Assembly: GCA_029907255.1 (NCBI GenBank)
Contig: JARYMF010000003.1
Location: 64,061-128,060, forward strand
Direction: 5' to 3'
Length of the DNA stretch: 64,000 nt
From: Armatimonadota bacterium
GTDB taxonomy: Bacteria; Armatimonadota; UBA5829; DTJY01
Shown here piece by piece: positions 20,875-31,552 of this stretch (positions within the stretch are counted from its first letter, which is position 1; every line of letters begins with the position of its first letter). The notes under the pieces were generated by a model, which did no database searches, was not told the origin of the DNA, and was given only the letters and a program-made list of their open reading frames with translations. The position numbers and the translations under genes were made by a program.

Positions 20875-21859
20875 CGTGCTTGATTTTGAAAAGCCGCTTG
20901 CAGAATTAGATGCAAACATAGCAGAACTTAAGCGCATCTCCGAAATAGAAGGAGTTGATCGTTCTAAGGAGATTGCCGAGCTTGAAGAACATCGCGAGCG
21001 ACTTGCACAGCAGATATTTAGCAATCTTACTCCTTGGGATAAAACCTTAATTGCAAGGCATCCCAACAGGCCATACACTCTTGACTATGTGCGTGCCATA
21101 TTCGATGAATTTGTTGAGCTTCACGGTGATAGACTTTTTGCCGATGATAATGCAATCGTTGGGGGGATAGCTTTTTGGGATGGCAAGCCAATATTTGTTG
21201 TAGGCCATCAGAAGGGGCGTGACCTCAAAGAGCGTCAATTCCGAAATTTTGGCAGCGCAAAACCCGAGGGATACCGCAAAGCTCTTCGCCTAATGAAAAT
21301 GGCTGAGAAGTTTGGCCATCCGATAATTGCATTTGTGGATACACCCGCAGCAGATTGTAGCGTTGGATCTGAAGAAAGGGGTATTGCAGAAGCAATTGCC
21401 AGGAATATGATGGAGATGGCAATGCTTCGCACGCCAATCATTGTTATTGTTATTGGCGAAGGCGGTAGTGGTGGTGCAATAGGTTTGGGAGTAGGAAATC
21501 GTGTTCTTATGATGGAACACGCAATTTATTCTGTAATTCCACCTGAAGGATGCGCAGCAATTATCTGGCGCGACCCAGCAAAAGGTCCCGAAGCCGCTGA
21601 AGCACTCAAGCTAACAGCTCAGCATGCTTTGGAATTTGGATTGATTGATGAAATCATTCCCGAGCCTTTGGGCGGTGCACATCGAAACTACGAAGCTGCA
21701 ACTTTGGCGGTGCGAGAAGCAATTATTCGTAACCTTGAACTGTTAGAAAAATACACCCCCGATGAACTTCCTGCTCAGCGATATGATAAATTCAGGAAAA
21801 TGGGAATTTTTGCTACGGCAGAGCCCGAGAAAAAGAGCAAAAAAGCACAAAGAAGTTAA
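20864..21859 (+). CDS. accA: Acetyl-CoA carboxylase carboxyltransferase alpha subunit
   Basis: LDFEKP, ARHP.RP, ELHGDR, PEGYRKA.RLM, GEGGSGGA, YSVI.PEG. Confidence 0.97.
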   Translation: MAFNVLDFEKPLAELDANIAELKRISEIEGVDRSKEIAELEEHRERLAQQIFSNLTPWDKTLIARHPNRPYTLDYVRAIFDEFVELHGDRLFADDNAIVGGIAFWDGKPIFVVGHQKGRDLKERQFRNFGSAKPEGYRKALRLMKMAEKFGHPIIAFVDTPAADCSVGSEERGIAEAIARNMMEMAMLRTPIIVIVIGEGGSGGAIGLGVGNRVLMMEHAIYSVIPPEGCAAIIWRDPAKGPEAAEALKLTAQHALEFGLIDEIIPEPLGGAHRNYEAATLAVREAIIRNLELLEKYTPDELPAQRYDKFRKMGIFATAEPEKKSKKAQRS

Positions 21860-21897
21860 CAAAGAAAGAAGCATAAAAGAAGGTTAAGATATGCAAA

Positions 21898-24726
21898 ATG
21901 AATAGAACGATTCTGCTAATATTTATTTCGGTGGCTTTGTCAGCCACATTTTTATGCTACGCATACTGCCAATCGGAGAGCACTTTTAAAATGAAAGACT
22001 TTGAGTTTTCTTATACCACAGGTGGGGTGTCGCTTAAGTATAAAGATGTAACCATAATTCGAAAATCATCGCTTTACGTCGTTTCACCAGGTTGGACCAG
22101 GCTTCTGTTTGGCCATCACCAGGCTGAGCACAAAATCACTTGTGAAGACATTCCTGATGGCAAGGTTGTCAGGATTAGCATGGGTAACGAATTTTTCTCT
22201 GCAACTTACCATGTAACAATGAAAGATTCCAATGAGGTCACCATTGACCTTGCCTATCAATTAGTCCAAGATGTGCCTGCAGAGATTGAATATTGCGTTG
22301 GCTATATTCCGGCACAGCTTATTGCAGGATTCCCCTACGAAGCGGAAACTGAAGAAGGTCAAAGGAGTGGTTTTGTTCCATATACTGCCAAGTCAGCTGA
22401 CCATTTTGAATCAATGCTGGTGCCGCCATTTAAACGATTAGAGTTCGAAACACGGCCTGCAGATATAGAAATATCAGTTTCGGGCGACTGCTCAGGGTTA
22501 ATTATATTCGATGCAAGACGCGACCCACAAGTGTGGGCACGTGAGGCGCCGATATTCTGGTGTGGTATGGGACACCCCCCAGAAAAGATTGTTTACGGTA
22601 AAGAGTACCATGTAGTTACAAACTTTAAGTTCGTTCCAAGGCAAGTGCAAGAATGCTTCGAACTCAATCCTACTTCGGTTGAAATCAAAACAGTTAAAAA
22701 TGCCAAGCTTCCAAAAGAAGATTTAATCAAGATAATTCCAGAGCCAAAGTACGTTGAATACAGCGAGCGTGATTTTATCATTGAAGATAATGTAGCGATT
22801 GTCTTGCCAGACAATCCCACTTCTGATGACCGCCTGAATGCAGAAATATTGAATGAGGAATTAAACGACATATACGGCGTTACGCTTCCAGTAACGACTC
22901 CATCCAAAATGAAGCCAGGGACAAAAATCATTGGCATAGGAGAACCTGCGCGTAATTCGACGGTAGCATATCTCTGTAAAGAAACTGGCTTGGAAGTTCC
23001 AAATTATGATGAAGGATATGCGCTAAAATCTTGTTCCCAGTTTGTTGTAATTGCTGGAAAAGACACTCGCGGGACATTTTATGGCGTTCAAACCTTACTT
23101 CAACTTTTAAAACCCACTGTAGATGGGGCAGCTGTCCACGGCGCAATTGTTCGTGATTGGCCCACGATGAAGATTCGCGGGGCGCATATTTTTATGGGAG
23201 GCCAGGGAAAGCCATTTATTAAAAAGTTAATAAGGCGTATTTTCGCGCGCCATAAAATGAATTATCTCATCTTCCAAACGGACTATGTGAAGTGGGAAAG
23301 TCATCCAGAAATATGGGTTTCATATGGTGCAAGCAAGGCGGATGTAAAAGAGGTCGTAGAATATGCAAAAATGCACCATATGGAGGTGGTTCCGCTCGTT
23401 CAATCGCTCGGCCATTCTGAATGGATGTTCGCAAATAATTCTAACCTAAACCTTGCGGAAGACCCTGAGCATCCGTATGGTTACTGCCCAAGCAAACCAG
23501 AAAGCTATAAGTTTTTGTTTGACATATACAATGAGGCAATAGAAGTATTCAAGCCAAAGGTTTTTCATATAGGCCACGACGAAATCACCATGAGAGGTCG
23601 CTTCCCACGGGATGAGCTATGTTCGAAAAAAACTATATCACAGCTTTTCCTCGAAGATGTTGAAAAGCTTCGCGCATATCTTGCCGAAAGGGGTATTCGC
23701 ACAATGCTTTGGGGAGATATGATGCTCCATAGTAGTGAAACTCCCTGTGCTGGCATGGCAGAATCATTGGAGGCGGCAAAGGAGCGGCGTGAAGCTCTAC
23801 CAAAGGATATCATAATTGCTGATTGGCACTACTGCACTTCGGAAGACTTTCCAAGCGTGCGGCTTTTCAAAGAAAAGGGACACGAGGTACTTGCTTGTAC
23901 ATGGTACAATCCGTATAACATTTATGATTTCAGCCGTTCGGCAAAAAAAGATGGCGCGGAAGGTCTTATCCAAACCCTTTGGTCAGGGTTTAATGTTGAT
24001 GAAAGATGTTTAGACCAGCAATTCCATCAGTACCATGCGTTTATATTAGCGGCTGAGTATGCTTGGAACACTGGGGAAACATCAGTAAGTGACCTACCTT
24101 ATTTTTCAGGAGAAGAGTTTCTGAAACTTTGGAGGCGTGAAAAAGCCGACCACTCAGCAAGTGATGGCTTTGTGGTGAATCTTTCACCATTCGCAAATAT
24201 CATGCTCAGTAGCGATAACGAAAGTGCATGGATAGGTTATGGGCCAGATCATGATCTCAGAGAGTTGAAAACGGGGAATATCCGGCTGTGCGGAATTGGG
24301 TTTGAGATACCTCAAAACAAGGCGCTTATGTTCTCTGGCGCAATGAATCCAAAAGGTTCATGGCCTTGTGAGATTCGAATACCGCTGTCTAGAACTGCTG
24401 ATAGTGTGGCTTTCCTTATTGCAACGGGCTGGGTTGCTGAAAAGGGCACACCAGTCGGGAAAATTGTCTTTAGGTATTCAAATACGGAATCTATGGTTCT
24501 CGACCTTGTGTATGGAGAAAACATCGCTGCATGGAACGACCATGGTTCAATTCCATATGCTACGGTTGCTTGGAGAGGAAAAACCCGTGCGGGGGAAATA
24601 ATAGCCCTTCGCATTCTTCAATGGAATAATCCTTATCCAAAAAGGCCAATTCAAGCAATTGAAATCCTATCGAATAACACAGAAGCGTGTCCGATAGTAT
24701 TTGCAATTACTGGAATCGGAGGTTAA
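21898..24726 (+). CDS. Secreted GH20-family beta-N-acetylhexosaminidase-like protein with extra N- and C-terminal domains
   Basis: Signal peptide; IIPEP, EGY.L, G.FYG.QTL.Q, DWP....RG, P..QSLGH, catalytic HIGHDE, WGDM. Confidence 0.88.
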   Translation: MNRTILLIFISVALSATFLCYAYCQSESTFKMKDFEFSYTTGGVSLKYKDVTIIRKSSLYVVSPGWTRLLFGHHQAEHKITCEDIPDGKVVRISMGNEFFSATYHVTMKDSNEVTIDLAYQLVQDVPAEIEYCVGYIPAQLIAGFPYEAETEEGQRSGFVPYTAKSADHFESMLVPPFKRLEFETRPADIEISVSGDCSGLIIFDARRDPQVWAREAPIFWCGMGHPPEKIVYGKEYHVVTNFKFVPRQVQECFELNPTSVEIKTVKNAKLPKEDLIKIIPEPKYVEYSERDFIIEDNVAIVLPDNPTSDDRLNAEILNEELNDIYGVTLPVTTPSKMKPGTKIIGIGEPARNSTVAYLCKETGLEVPNYDEGYALKSCSQFVVIAGKDTRGTFYGVQTLLQLLKPTVDGAAVHGAIVRDWPTMKIRGAHIFMGGQGKPFIKKLIRRIFARHKMNYLIFQTDYVKWESHPEIWVSYGASKADVKEVVEYAKMHHMEVVPLVQSLGHSEWMFANNSNLNLAEDPEHPYGYCPSKPESYKFLFDIYNEAIEVFKPKVFHIGHDEITMRGRFPRDELCSKKTISQLFLEDVEKLRAYLAERGIRTMLWGDMMLHSSETPCAGMAESLEAAKERREALPKDIIIADWHYCTSEDFPSVRLFKEKGHEVLACTWYNPYNIYDFSRSAKKDGAEGLIQTLWSGFNVDERCLDQQFHQYHAFILAAEYAWNTGETSVSDLPYFSGEEFLKLWRREKADHSASDGFVVNLSPFANIMLSSDNESAWIGYGPDHDLRELKTGNIRLCGIGFEIPQNKALMFSGAMNPKGSWPCEIRIPLSRTADSVAFLIATGWVAEKGTPVGKIVFRYSNTESMVLDLVYGENIAAWNDHGSIPYATVAWRGKTRAGEIIALRILQWNNPYPKRPIQAIEILSNNTEACPIVFAITGIGG

Positions 24727-24729
24727 GAA

Positions 24730-26142
24730 TTAATCTTTACCAATCCTTGCTTTAAAAACGTCAAGTAAAGGGTCTCCTGTTCTTTCCATCATTCTAAGCA
24801 ATTCCAATCGGAATTTGGAAAGAGTGTTCTTGTAATCCTTTTCTGCGATAAGGTTTTTCTGCTCCCAAGGGTCTTTTCGAATGTCATAGAGCTCCTCTGG
24901 CGTGCGGTAAAGAAAAAACTTAACACGCTCAGCAATTTTTTGATCGCTTGATTGCGCCATCGCCTTAAATGCCAAACCACCCATTGGCTCATTTTTGAAT
25001 GTTGTTTTTCCATCCGACCAGGCATTGAAAATGTAGCTGAAGTTTTTCGTCCGAACACATCGCATTGGAAACATGTTGCCGGCGGAGGTACTGGTAATAA
25101 AAGTGAAAACTTTGTCCCATCCCGAAGAATGTTTGCCTTCTAGCAGGGGAACAAATGACCTGCCATCTAATCCTTCAACTTGGTCTAATGCCAGCGCATC
25201 AAGCACTGTTGGCATAAAATCAACGCCAGAAACAAGGTCTTTATCGTTAACTGTTCCCGGCTTAATTTTTCCGGGCCAGCGCACAATAAGTGGCGTCGCA
25301 GTGCTCGTATAGTAGCAGTTTGTTTTCGCAAATGGTTCGGAAATTCCGTTGTCGCTTAGGAAGAAAACGATGGTATTCTCTTCAAAACCGGTTTCTTTGA
25401 GTGCCCTAAGAATTTGACCGACTGTTTCATCGCATCTATGAACGGCTGTATAATACTGCGCCAGTTCTTTCCTAACATCAGGAGGATCGCCAGGGAGGAA
25501 TGGAGGGACGGTAATTTCTTTAGGTTTGTAGGTTCTGCTAACTTTAGAGACTGTTTCTGCACCAGGAAAGGGTCTATGAGGGTCCATTGAGTTTGCCATA
25601 AGAAAGAATGGCTTCCCAGCAGCTTTAGCTTGTTCAAAGAAAGATTTTGATTTAACGTAGTATGCCTCGGGATCTCTACCATTGCCAAGATCCTGTGCAG
25701 GTATTTCAACATCCCAGCAAAATTTCCATTTTGGCGTAAGGTGTTCGATTTTTGCCATAATTCCATTAAAGTAACCAGCTTTTCGTAGATGTTCCTGAAG
25801 TGTTGGGACGTTCTCGTTAATTGGTTGAAATCCCAAGGCACCGTTTCTATGAGGGAATCTGCCTGTCATAAGAGCTGAACGACTGGGCTGGCAAATTGCA
25901 CTTGTCACATGAGCTTGAGTGAAACGCATACCTTGCGCAGCTAGTGCGTCTAGATTTGGTGTAATGTCCGGAACTTCGCACCCAGTAACGCCAAGGGAAT
26001 CGAAATTCATATCATCGGCGGTTATCAAAAGCACATTTAAGCGATTGTTGCTATTTCTGGCAAAGGTTCTGGGTGCAAATGCCATTGCTGCCGACGCTCC
26101 AAGTGCTGTAATGAATTCACGCCTTGTAAATTTATCCATCAT
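24730..26142 (-). CDS. Tat-exported Cys-type sulfatase, N-sulfoglucosamine sulfohydrolase-like
   Basis: TRREFI Tat motif; ITADD, CQPSR..LMTG, DPHRPF, SDNG..PFAKTN.Y, EELYD..DP.E..NL. Confidence 0.9.
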   Translation of the reverse strand: MMDKFTRREFITALGASAAMAFAPRTFARNSNNRLNVLLITADDMNFDSLGVTGCEVPDITPNLDALAAQGMRFTQAHVTSAICQPSRSALMTGRFPHRNGALGFQPINENVPTLQEHLRKAGYFNGIMAKIEHLTPKWKFCWDVEIPAQDLGNGRDPEAYYVKSKSFFEQAKAAGKPFFLMANSMDPHRPFPGAETVSKVSRTYKPKEITVPPFLPGDPPDVRKELAQYYTAVHRCDETVGQILRALKETGFEENTIVFFLSDNGISEPFAKTNCYYTSTATPLIVRWPGKIKPGTVNDKDLVSGVDFMPTVLDALALDQVEGLDGRSFVPLLEGKHSSGWDKVFTFITSTSAGNMFPMRCVRTKNFSYIFNAWSDGKTTFKNEPMGGLAFKAMAQSSDQKIAERVKFFLYRTPEELYDIRKDPWEQKNLIAEKDYKNTLSKFRLELLRMMERTGDPLLDVFKARIGKD

Positions 26143-26196
26143 TTCGTTCCTCGCCTATCACACGTCTAAATCATAGTATGGCATATTGTAAGTAGC

Positions 26197-26242
26197 GACG
26201 TCAATTCATCCGCTTGACGTCTTGAAATGCCAGGAATATCAT
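26197..26242. promoter_or_regulatory. Divergent promoter region with inverted repeat
   Basis: GACGTCAA-N9-TTGACGTC gives back-to-back TTGACG -35 boxes; plus-strand -10 TATCAT at 17 nt. Confidence 0.5.
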
Positions 26243-26275
26243 AATTGCATATAAAAAAGATTTTTGGAGAGAAAT

Positions 26276-27766
26276 ATGCTTAACCAAGCGCACACATGGG
26301 CTGAAGCAGACCTTTTTCTAATGGCAGACGAAGGGATAGTTGAGAAAAGTGAAAATGCCACACGCCGGCTTTGTCCTATTGAGAAACATCCCGAGCCAGT
26401 AATAGTGCCGAATAGACCTTGGGAAGGACTAGCACCAAATGGCAAGGTTGACTCACTTCAAGATCCCTTCTATGCGGTCGTTGTTTTTGACCCAATCGAA
26501 GAAGTATTCAAATGTTGGTATAATGCTTACACCCGCATCGTAAACCGTGCTAACTACTCTCCGTTTGCAAACCAAGGTTCGTCATGCTGCTACGCTGTGA
26601 GCACCGACGGGGTGCATTGGGAAAAGCCTTCTGTCCGCGAGGTACTTTTTGATAATTCTTATGATAATAACATTGTTCGTTTTATGGAACATTCTGCAAC
26701 ACATGACACATGCGTGCTTGCTGAGCAGGTGTGGAACGTTTTGCCTTACGGAACCCCAGATTCAGAAGACCGTTGGGTTGCAACATTATTTACCGCTTAT
26801 GACGACCCAATCTACTCTAAAGGCATTACAGTTTGCTTTAGTCAAGACGGACTTCGGTGGCGCATGCATTACCCTCCCGTACTTCCTTTAGATGGGGATT
26901 GTCACTCGCTGTCGATTGATCCAATGAACAAATGTTTCCTCATGACAACGCGGTCGCATCAACACATGAATTTATGCCGTAGATGGGGGCGCCCATGGAA
27001 GAGACATATTGCATTAAGCAAAAGCAGGGACCTCTTTCACTGGACCCCCATGCAAACCGTTCTAGAAGCCGACGAAAACGATCCTGAGGATACCCATCTA
27101 TACTTAATGTACATCATTCCTTATGGCCATGCTTATCTTGGGCAACTGCTAGTCTTCAATACAAATGAGATGGTGCTTCACGAGCAACTTGCACTTAGTC
27201 GAGACCTTGAAAAATGGCAGAGAGTAGGCGATAGAAAGCCACTGCTAGAACGTGGTCCAGAGGGAAGTTGGGACTCTAAGCACGTTGCCTTAACCAATAA
27301 CCCTCCACATCCCGAGGGCGATAAAATGCGATTTTGGTATGGTGGAGCATCAGCACCACACTACCAGGCGGGATATGGGGCACTGGGTACCGGAACCCTT
27401 CGTCGTGATGGATTTGTCTGCTGGGAGGCTGGCGAAAAGGAGGGCGTCATAACAACTATTCCTATGAAACCCATAGGGCCAACCTGGATTTTGCTCAATG
27501 TAGATGCAAGCAAGGGAGAAGCTCTAGTAGAAGTAACCGATAAAAACTTTAATCCAATCGAAGGATGTACAAAAGACGACTGCATTCCTGTTAGGGGAAA
27601 TCACATACGTGCTGTTGTAAACTTTAAAGTCGAGCCTAAGGACCTCTTTTCACGTGGAAACTTCATGCGTTTCAATCATGATATACGCTTTCGATTCTAC
27701 TTAAGAAATGCAAAATTGTATGCATTCAAGGCGCCAAACTTGCAACCATTGTGGCAGGATTCTTAA
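26276..27766 (+). CDS. Beta-propeller glycoside hydrolase-like hypothetical protein
   Basis: Repeated S.DG..W / S.DL..W Asp-box-like motifs, G.WD, LRRDGF; start moved to ATG 26276 after GGAGA. Confidence 0.7.
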   Translation: MLNQAHTWAEADLFLMADEGIVEKSENATRRLCPIEKHPEPVIVPNRPWEGLAPNGKVDSLQDPFYAVVVFDPIEEVFKCWYNAYTRIVNRANYSPFANQGSSCCYAVSTDGVHWEKPSVREVLFDNSYDNNIVRFMEHSATHDTCVLAEQVWNVLPYGTPDSEDRWVATLFTAYDDPIYSKGITVCFSQDGLRWRMHYPPVLPLDGDCHSLSIDPMNKCFLMTTRSHQHMNLCRRWGRPWKRHIALSKSRDLFHWTPMQTVLEADENDPEDTHLYLMYIIPYGHAYLGQLLVFNTNEMVLHEQLALSRDLEKWQRVGDRKPLLERGPEGSWDSKHVALTNNPPHPEGDKMRFWYGGASAPHYQAGYGALGTGTLRRDGFVCWEAGEKEGVITTIPMKPIGPTWILLNVDASKGEALVEVTDKNFNPIEGCTKDDCIPVRGNHIRAVVNFKVEPKDLFSRGNFMRFNHDIRFRFYLRNAKLYAFKAPNLQPLWQDS

Positions 27767-27790
27767 AGGTTTCAACAAACGTGGAAGGCA

Positions 27791-28789
27791 ATGAACAATA
27801 TCGAGTTTGAAGAGCGATTATTCGAAATGCGAATGGCAGCTTACCGTCATCCGAAGATTGATATAATAAACGTAGGATTTCGGCCAGTTAGCGGTAAAGT
27901 TGCCGACTTTTGCGTGATTGAAAATAATGGGCGTTATCATTTCTTTTATATTGAACGCCGGCTTCAAGAGGGGACCCCATTCTATCCTGGCAACGAAATT
28001 TATTTCGGCCATGCAAGTACCGAAGACTTTTTCAACTGGGAAGTTCATGACCCAGTGATGCTTATTCGCCCTGGGACATGGGAGGAAGCACATGTTTGGG
28101 CGCCGTTTGTGTTTCGCTATGGCGGTTTATTTGTTATGGCGTACACGGGAGTAAACAGATATATTTCGCAAAATATTGGCTTGGCATTTAGTAAGGACTT
28201 GTTTGAATGGGAACGCTGGGATGGCAATCCCATTTCGCCGTGTAAGGACAAAGATTGGGCATTTTGGCGTGAGGATCGTATATCTAGCTGTCGTGATCCC
28301 CACGTTTTTGAACATAATGGCAGGATATGGATGTGTTATACAGCAAACACGAGAAGCGGTGCCTCCTGCATTGCTTTGACAAGTACCGATGACCTTAAAC
28401 ATTGGGAGGACCATGGTCCCATACTTATAGGCCCAGCTGACGGATACGAACCTAGGCTTGAAGGAGGTCATCCCCAAGGGAGCTTGGAATCAAGCAATTT
28501 GCTTGTGAGAAATGATAGATGGTTCCTTCTTGTTAACGCTGCAATTCGGGGAACGCCAATCAGATGCTGGGTCTTTGAGAGCAATAGCATTGATTCTTTC
28601 AACTTTTCAGAAGGGCGAGAGTTTTGGCATGGCGGTGGAGGAGTGGAAATTGTAAAAGAAAAGGGTAGCCGTGCACTTCTCGCTAGCTTCGCATCAGGGA
28701 CTATAAGATTCGGAGAAGTAGATTGGGCAGCAGAGCATCCCACAGCAAGATTTGTAACAGAGGAGCAGTTGAGGGAGTGGCAAAAATAG
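27791..28789 (+). CDS. Five-bladed beta-propeller glycosidase (GH32/GH43 clan)
   Basis: GHAST.D..NW, WAP, RDP, S.DL..W motifs. Confidence 0.8.
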   Translation: MNNIEFEERLFEMRMAAYRHPKIDIINVGFRPVSGKVADFCVIENNGRYHFFYIERRLQEGTPFYPGNEIYFGHASTEDFFNWEVHDPVMLIRPGTWEEAHVWAPFVFRYGGLFVMAYTGVNRYISQNIGLAFSKDLFEWERWDGNPISPCKDKDWAFWREDRISSCRDPHVFEHNGRIWMCYTANTRSGASCIALTSTDDLKHWEDHGPILIGPADGYEPRLEGGHPQGSLESSNLLVRNDRWFLLVNAAIRGTPIRCWVFESNSIDSFNFSEGREFWHGGGGVEIVKEKGSRALLASFASGTIRFGEVDWAAEHPTARFVTEEQLREWQK

Positions 28790-28817
28790 ACAGTTTGAAA
28801 AGGGGACTAAGTTATTT

Positions 28818-30707
28818 ATGTATAGACGAATTCTTTTGCAATTCTTGACTCCTGTTATTCTTGCTTTTGTCGGCGCGCTTCCTGTTTCAGCTTGGAAGGT
28901 AATTGATGCACACTGGCGCCCAGATGCGAACCCATGGGCAAAAGCACAAGTATGGGAGGGCACAATTTGGAGTGAAGGATGGTCGGAAGAGGAGCAGTTT
29001 TATCCAAAACACATGAAGCCATCGGGAAGCGTGCACGTAATACTTCGAAACGATTCTCAAATAAAGGATACTATTTGGTTGTCAAAAATTAATGATATCT
29101 CAATTGATAAACTTGTCACTAACTCACAAAATGCAGGAAACGTAATTTGGTACAAGGTTGAATCCCCTAAATTAACTGCTCCAAATGAATCATATTGGAA
29201 AGATGACAAAAATTGGGCTCAGCCCAAGCCGGTTGAAGTTGAAGGCGGCGGCTGGGTTGAATGTATAGTGCGATTTAGAACCACCCCAAAAGGTATTGTC
29301 CGCCTTCAATTCATTACAGGTTCAAATGGTATTGTTGAAGTGCCTGTGTCGATAAAGGCTCAAAGGGCCCGCATCGAATCTATTTCATTTTCTCCGAAGA
29401 TAGATAAGCTGTATGTGTACATTCGCTCGCTAGATGGCAATGCTATCAGAACAGGGGTAGTAAGGCTCGATGGACATAAAGTGAGTGCAAGGTGGACTGA
29501 GGGGCCAAAATCATCAGGATTGTTGCTGGCAGAGATTGACCTAAAGCTTAGTTGGGAATACGGCTCATATCATCTTATTGAGGTTGAGATACCGGGTGAG
29601 TTGCAGCTGGTCCAACCTGTGCGTGCATGGGACAATTATTTTTGCATTGGACTCTATGGTGTTTTGGATGCCGGAAGCATAAGTGATGCGAAGGCGCACG
29701 GAATAAACACTTATTTCACGTCAGGCGTTTCCCCTCTGCTTGATGAAGCCGGCCTAAACTGCGTCCCCGCATATAACGTGGGCGAGGGTAGACCACGGAA
29801 TGAAAACCAATCTGGCGTTCTCTTTTATCAAAACAAGGATGAGCCGGATGCGCACGATTTTTCAAGCGGAGAAAATCTGCCAGTCATGGACCGCTTAGGA
29901 GTTAATGCCCAAGCGGAGGTTTTGCCAAGGTTGAGCTACCAAAAAGCAAGGGATCCGAGAACACCCAACCTCTTGCTAGTAAACAATACTTATAAGCCTC
30001 TGAATTGGTATGTATATGGCCAGATTGCTGATATATATTGCACTGACCCGTATGTGCCCTTGAATGGCAGACAACTAGATTATGTATGGAGAGCTCTTGA
30101 CTGTGCTAGAGATGCGTGTACACCCAGGCCGCTAGTTTCAGTTCTCTGGGCTTGTGGACTTGCTGGGGCCCGAAAGTTTGGCCACCGTCCACCAACGCCC
30201 CAGGAAGAGCGCATGATGGTATTCTATGCCCTAGGATGTGGGGTTAAGGGAATTGCATACTTCATTGACTTGACTTCCGAAACCGGCGAAGGAAAGTTCA
30301 CCGGACTATCGGATATAAAACCACTCTGGGAAGAGGTTGGCCGCACAAACAAGGATGTCCAAGCATTAGCTAAATTTCTCTCAATCGGTTGTCCGATTCC
30401 AATTTCCATTTCAGGAAAAGACGTTTGGGCGCGGGCACTTCAATGTGGAAGAGATAATTTGGTAGTTATAGTGGTGAATACTAACCATTACATAGGTTTT
30501 GAAACTAGAAATGAATATGCTTGGCATACTCCAGCCAAAAACGTAGAGCTAACAATTTCTCTGCCACCTCACTTTCGAAATTGCCATTTAGAAGAGGTTA
30601 AAGGTGGAAAATTTGTCCCGCTATCATTTGAAAAGCTTAGAGGCGCAATCAAATTCAGATTGGATATTCTTGATGATGCAAGAGCTTTTGTAATTACAAA
30701 TGGCTAA
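28818..30707 (+). CDS. Secreted hypothetical protein, possible glycoside-hydrolase-like TIM barrel
   Basis: Signal peptide; DEP, D.Y..DPY, G.KGI.YF pattern in the C-terminal half. Confidence 0.65.
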   Translation: MYRRILLQFLTPVILAFVGALPVSAWKVIDAHWRPDANPWAKAQVWEGTIWSEGWSEEEQFYPKHMKPSGSVHVILRNDSQIKDTIWLSKINDISIDKLVTNSQNAGNVIWYKVESPKLTAPNESYWKDDKNWAQPKPVEVEGGGWVECIVRFRTTPKGIVRLQFITGSNGIVEVPVSIKAQRARIESISFSPKIDKLYVYIRSLDGNAIRTGVVRLDGHKVSARWTEGPKSSGLLLAEIDLKLSWEYGSYHLIEVEIPGELQLVQPVRAWDNYFCIGLYGVLDAGSISDAKAHGINTYFTSGVSPLLDEAGLNCVPAYNVGEGRPRNENQSGVLFYQNKDEPDAHDFSSGENLPVMDRLGVNAQAEVLPRLSYQKARDPRTPNLLLVNNTYKPLNWYVYGQIADIYCTDPYVPLNGRQLDYVWRALDCARDACTPRPLVSVLWACGLAGARKFGHRPPTPQEERMMVFYALGCGVKGIAYFIDLTSETGEGKFTGLSDIKPLWEEVGRTNKDVQALAKFLSIGCPIPISISGKDVWARALQCGRDNLVVIVVNTNHYIGFETRNEYAWHTPAKNVELTISLPPHFRNCHLEEVKGGKFVPLSFEKLRGAIKFRLDILDDARAFVITNG

Positions 30708-31552
30708 GAGATTAGCTTATCCACAAGCTCTTCTAAGCTGGGAAAAAGAAGCTTAACATGCCTGCTGCCTGGCATGCTTATAAAACAAATAAAACCCTCT
30801 TTTTCTGCTGTTTTAAGGAGCGAATCTATCTGAAGACGATTCAAGAGGAATAACTTTGCGAAATCTCCGTTTTGGATGCGGTCCAATGACTGAACTGTAG
30901 ATGCTCCACTGTAAAGGGGTTCTTCATATAGGCAGTAAATAAATGTCTCCAGGCTGGGAATATGCGGACGAGGAAAGTAGCCTAAAGTATGCCGGCTTCC
31001 TATTGCAACTGAGACTGAGTCTAATATCTCCGCTTGCTTCAAAATTCTAAGCGCAAGAGTAATTGTCTTCTCGCTTTCGAAACCCCATGTCTTCTTTGCA
31101 TACTTAATTATCAAGTCTCTGGTGATAATGGAGTCAATGGGGAAGAGAGATGCTGTGTTATCCATTCGAAATGTGTGTTCATCATAGTTCGCAGGCAAGC
31201 TTTGAAGCACGAAGAATGGATAAAAAATTTCCTCTGCAATTGCGCTAATTAACAAATCGGTCCTGGCAGTCCTCCAAAACAAGAGGTCTCGCCTAATAGA
31301 ATCATCTTTCATTCGCGAAATTAGTTTAAGAAATGCAGAGGATGGCGATTTGGCGTCTGGTGATTTAAAAAAGCGCTGTATAATTTTTGAAGCTATGCGA
31401 AAACGCGTTGATTCGGATTTATGGGGAAGAATCGAAGCGATTTTATCTCGCAAACCAGCAAGGCTAGAGATATCGGCGAACGTCTCAATAGCCTGGATGC
31501 TATAATCATAATATAGTTCTTGACCAAATGTAGCTAACTCTTTGTATTTCAC
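30704..31552 (-). CDS. Hypothetical protein, BrxA/DUF1819-like
   Basis: SESTR.RI...I.QRF, W..ES..T....L.IL..A.IL, F.Y.LY, F...FLL, G.I....SLEE pattern recalls BrxA. GTG 31552 start avoids overlap with the divergent gene. Confidence 0.55.
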   Translation of the reverse strand: MKYKELATFGQELYYDYSIQAIETFADISSLAGLRDKIASILPHKSESTRFRIASKIIQRFFKSPDAKSPSSAFLKLISRMKDDSIRRDLLFWRTARTDLLISAIAEEIFYPFFVLQSLPANYDEHTFRMDNTASLFPIDSIITRDLIIKYAKKTWGFESEKTITLALRILKQAEILDSVSVAIGSRHTLGYFPRPHIPSLETFIYCLYEEPLYSGASTVQSLDRIQNGDFAKLFLLNRLQIDSLLKTAEKEGFICFISMPGSRHVKLLFPSLEELVDKLIS

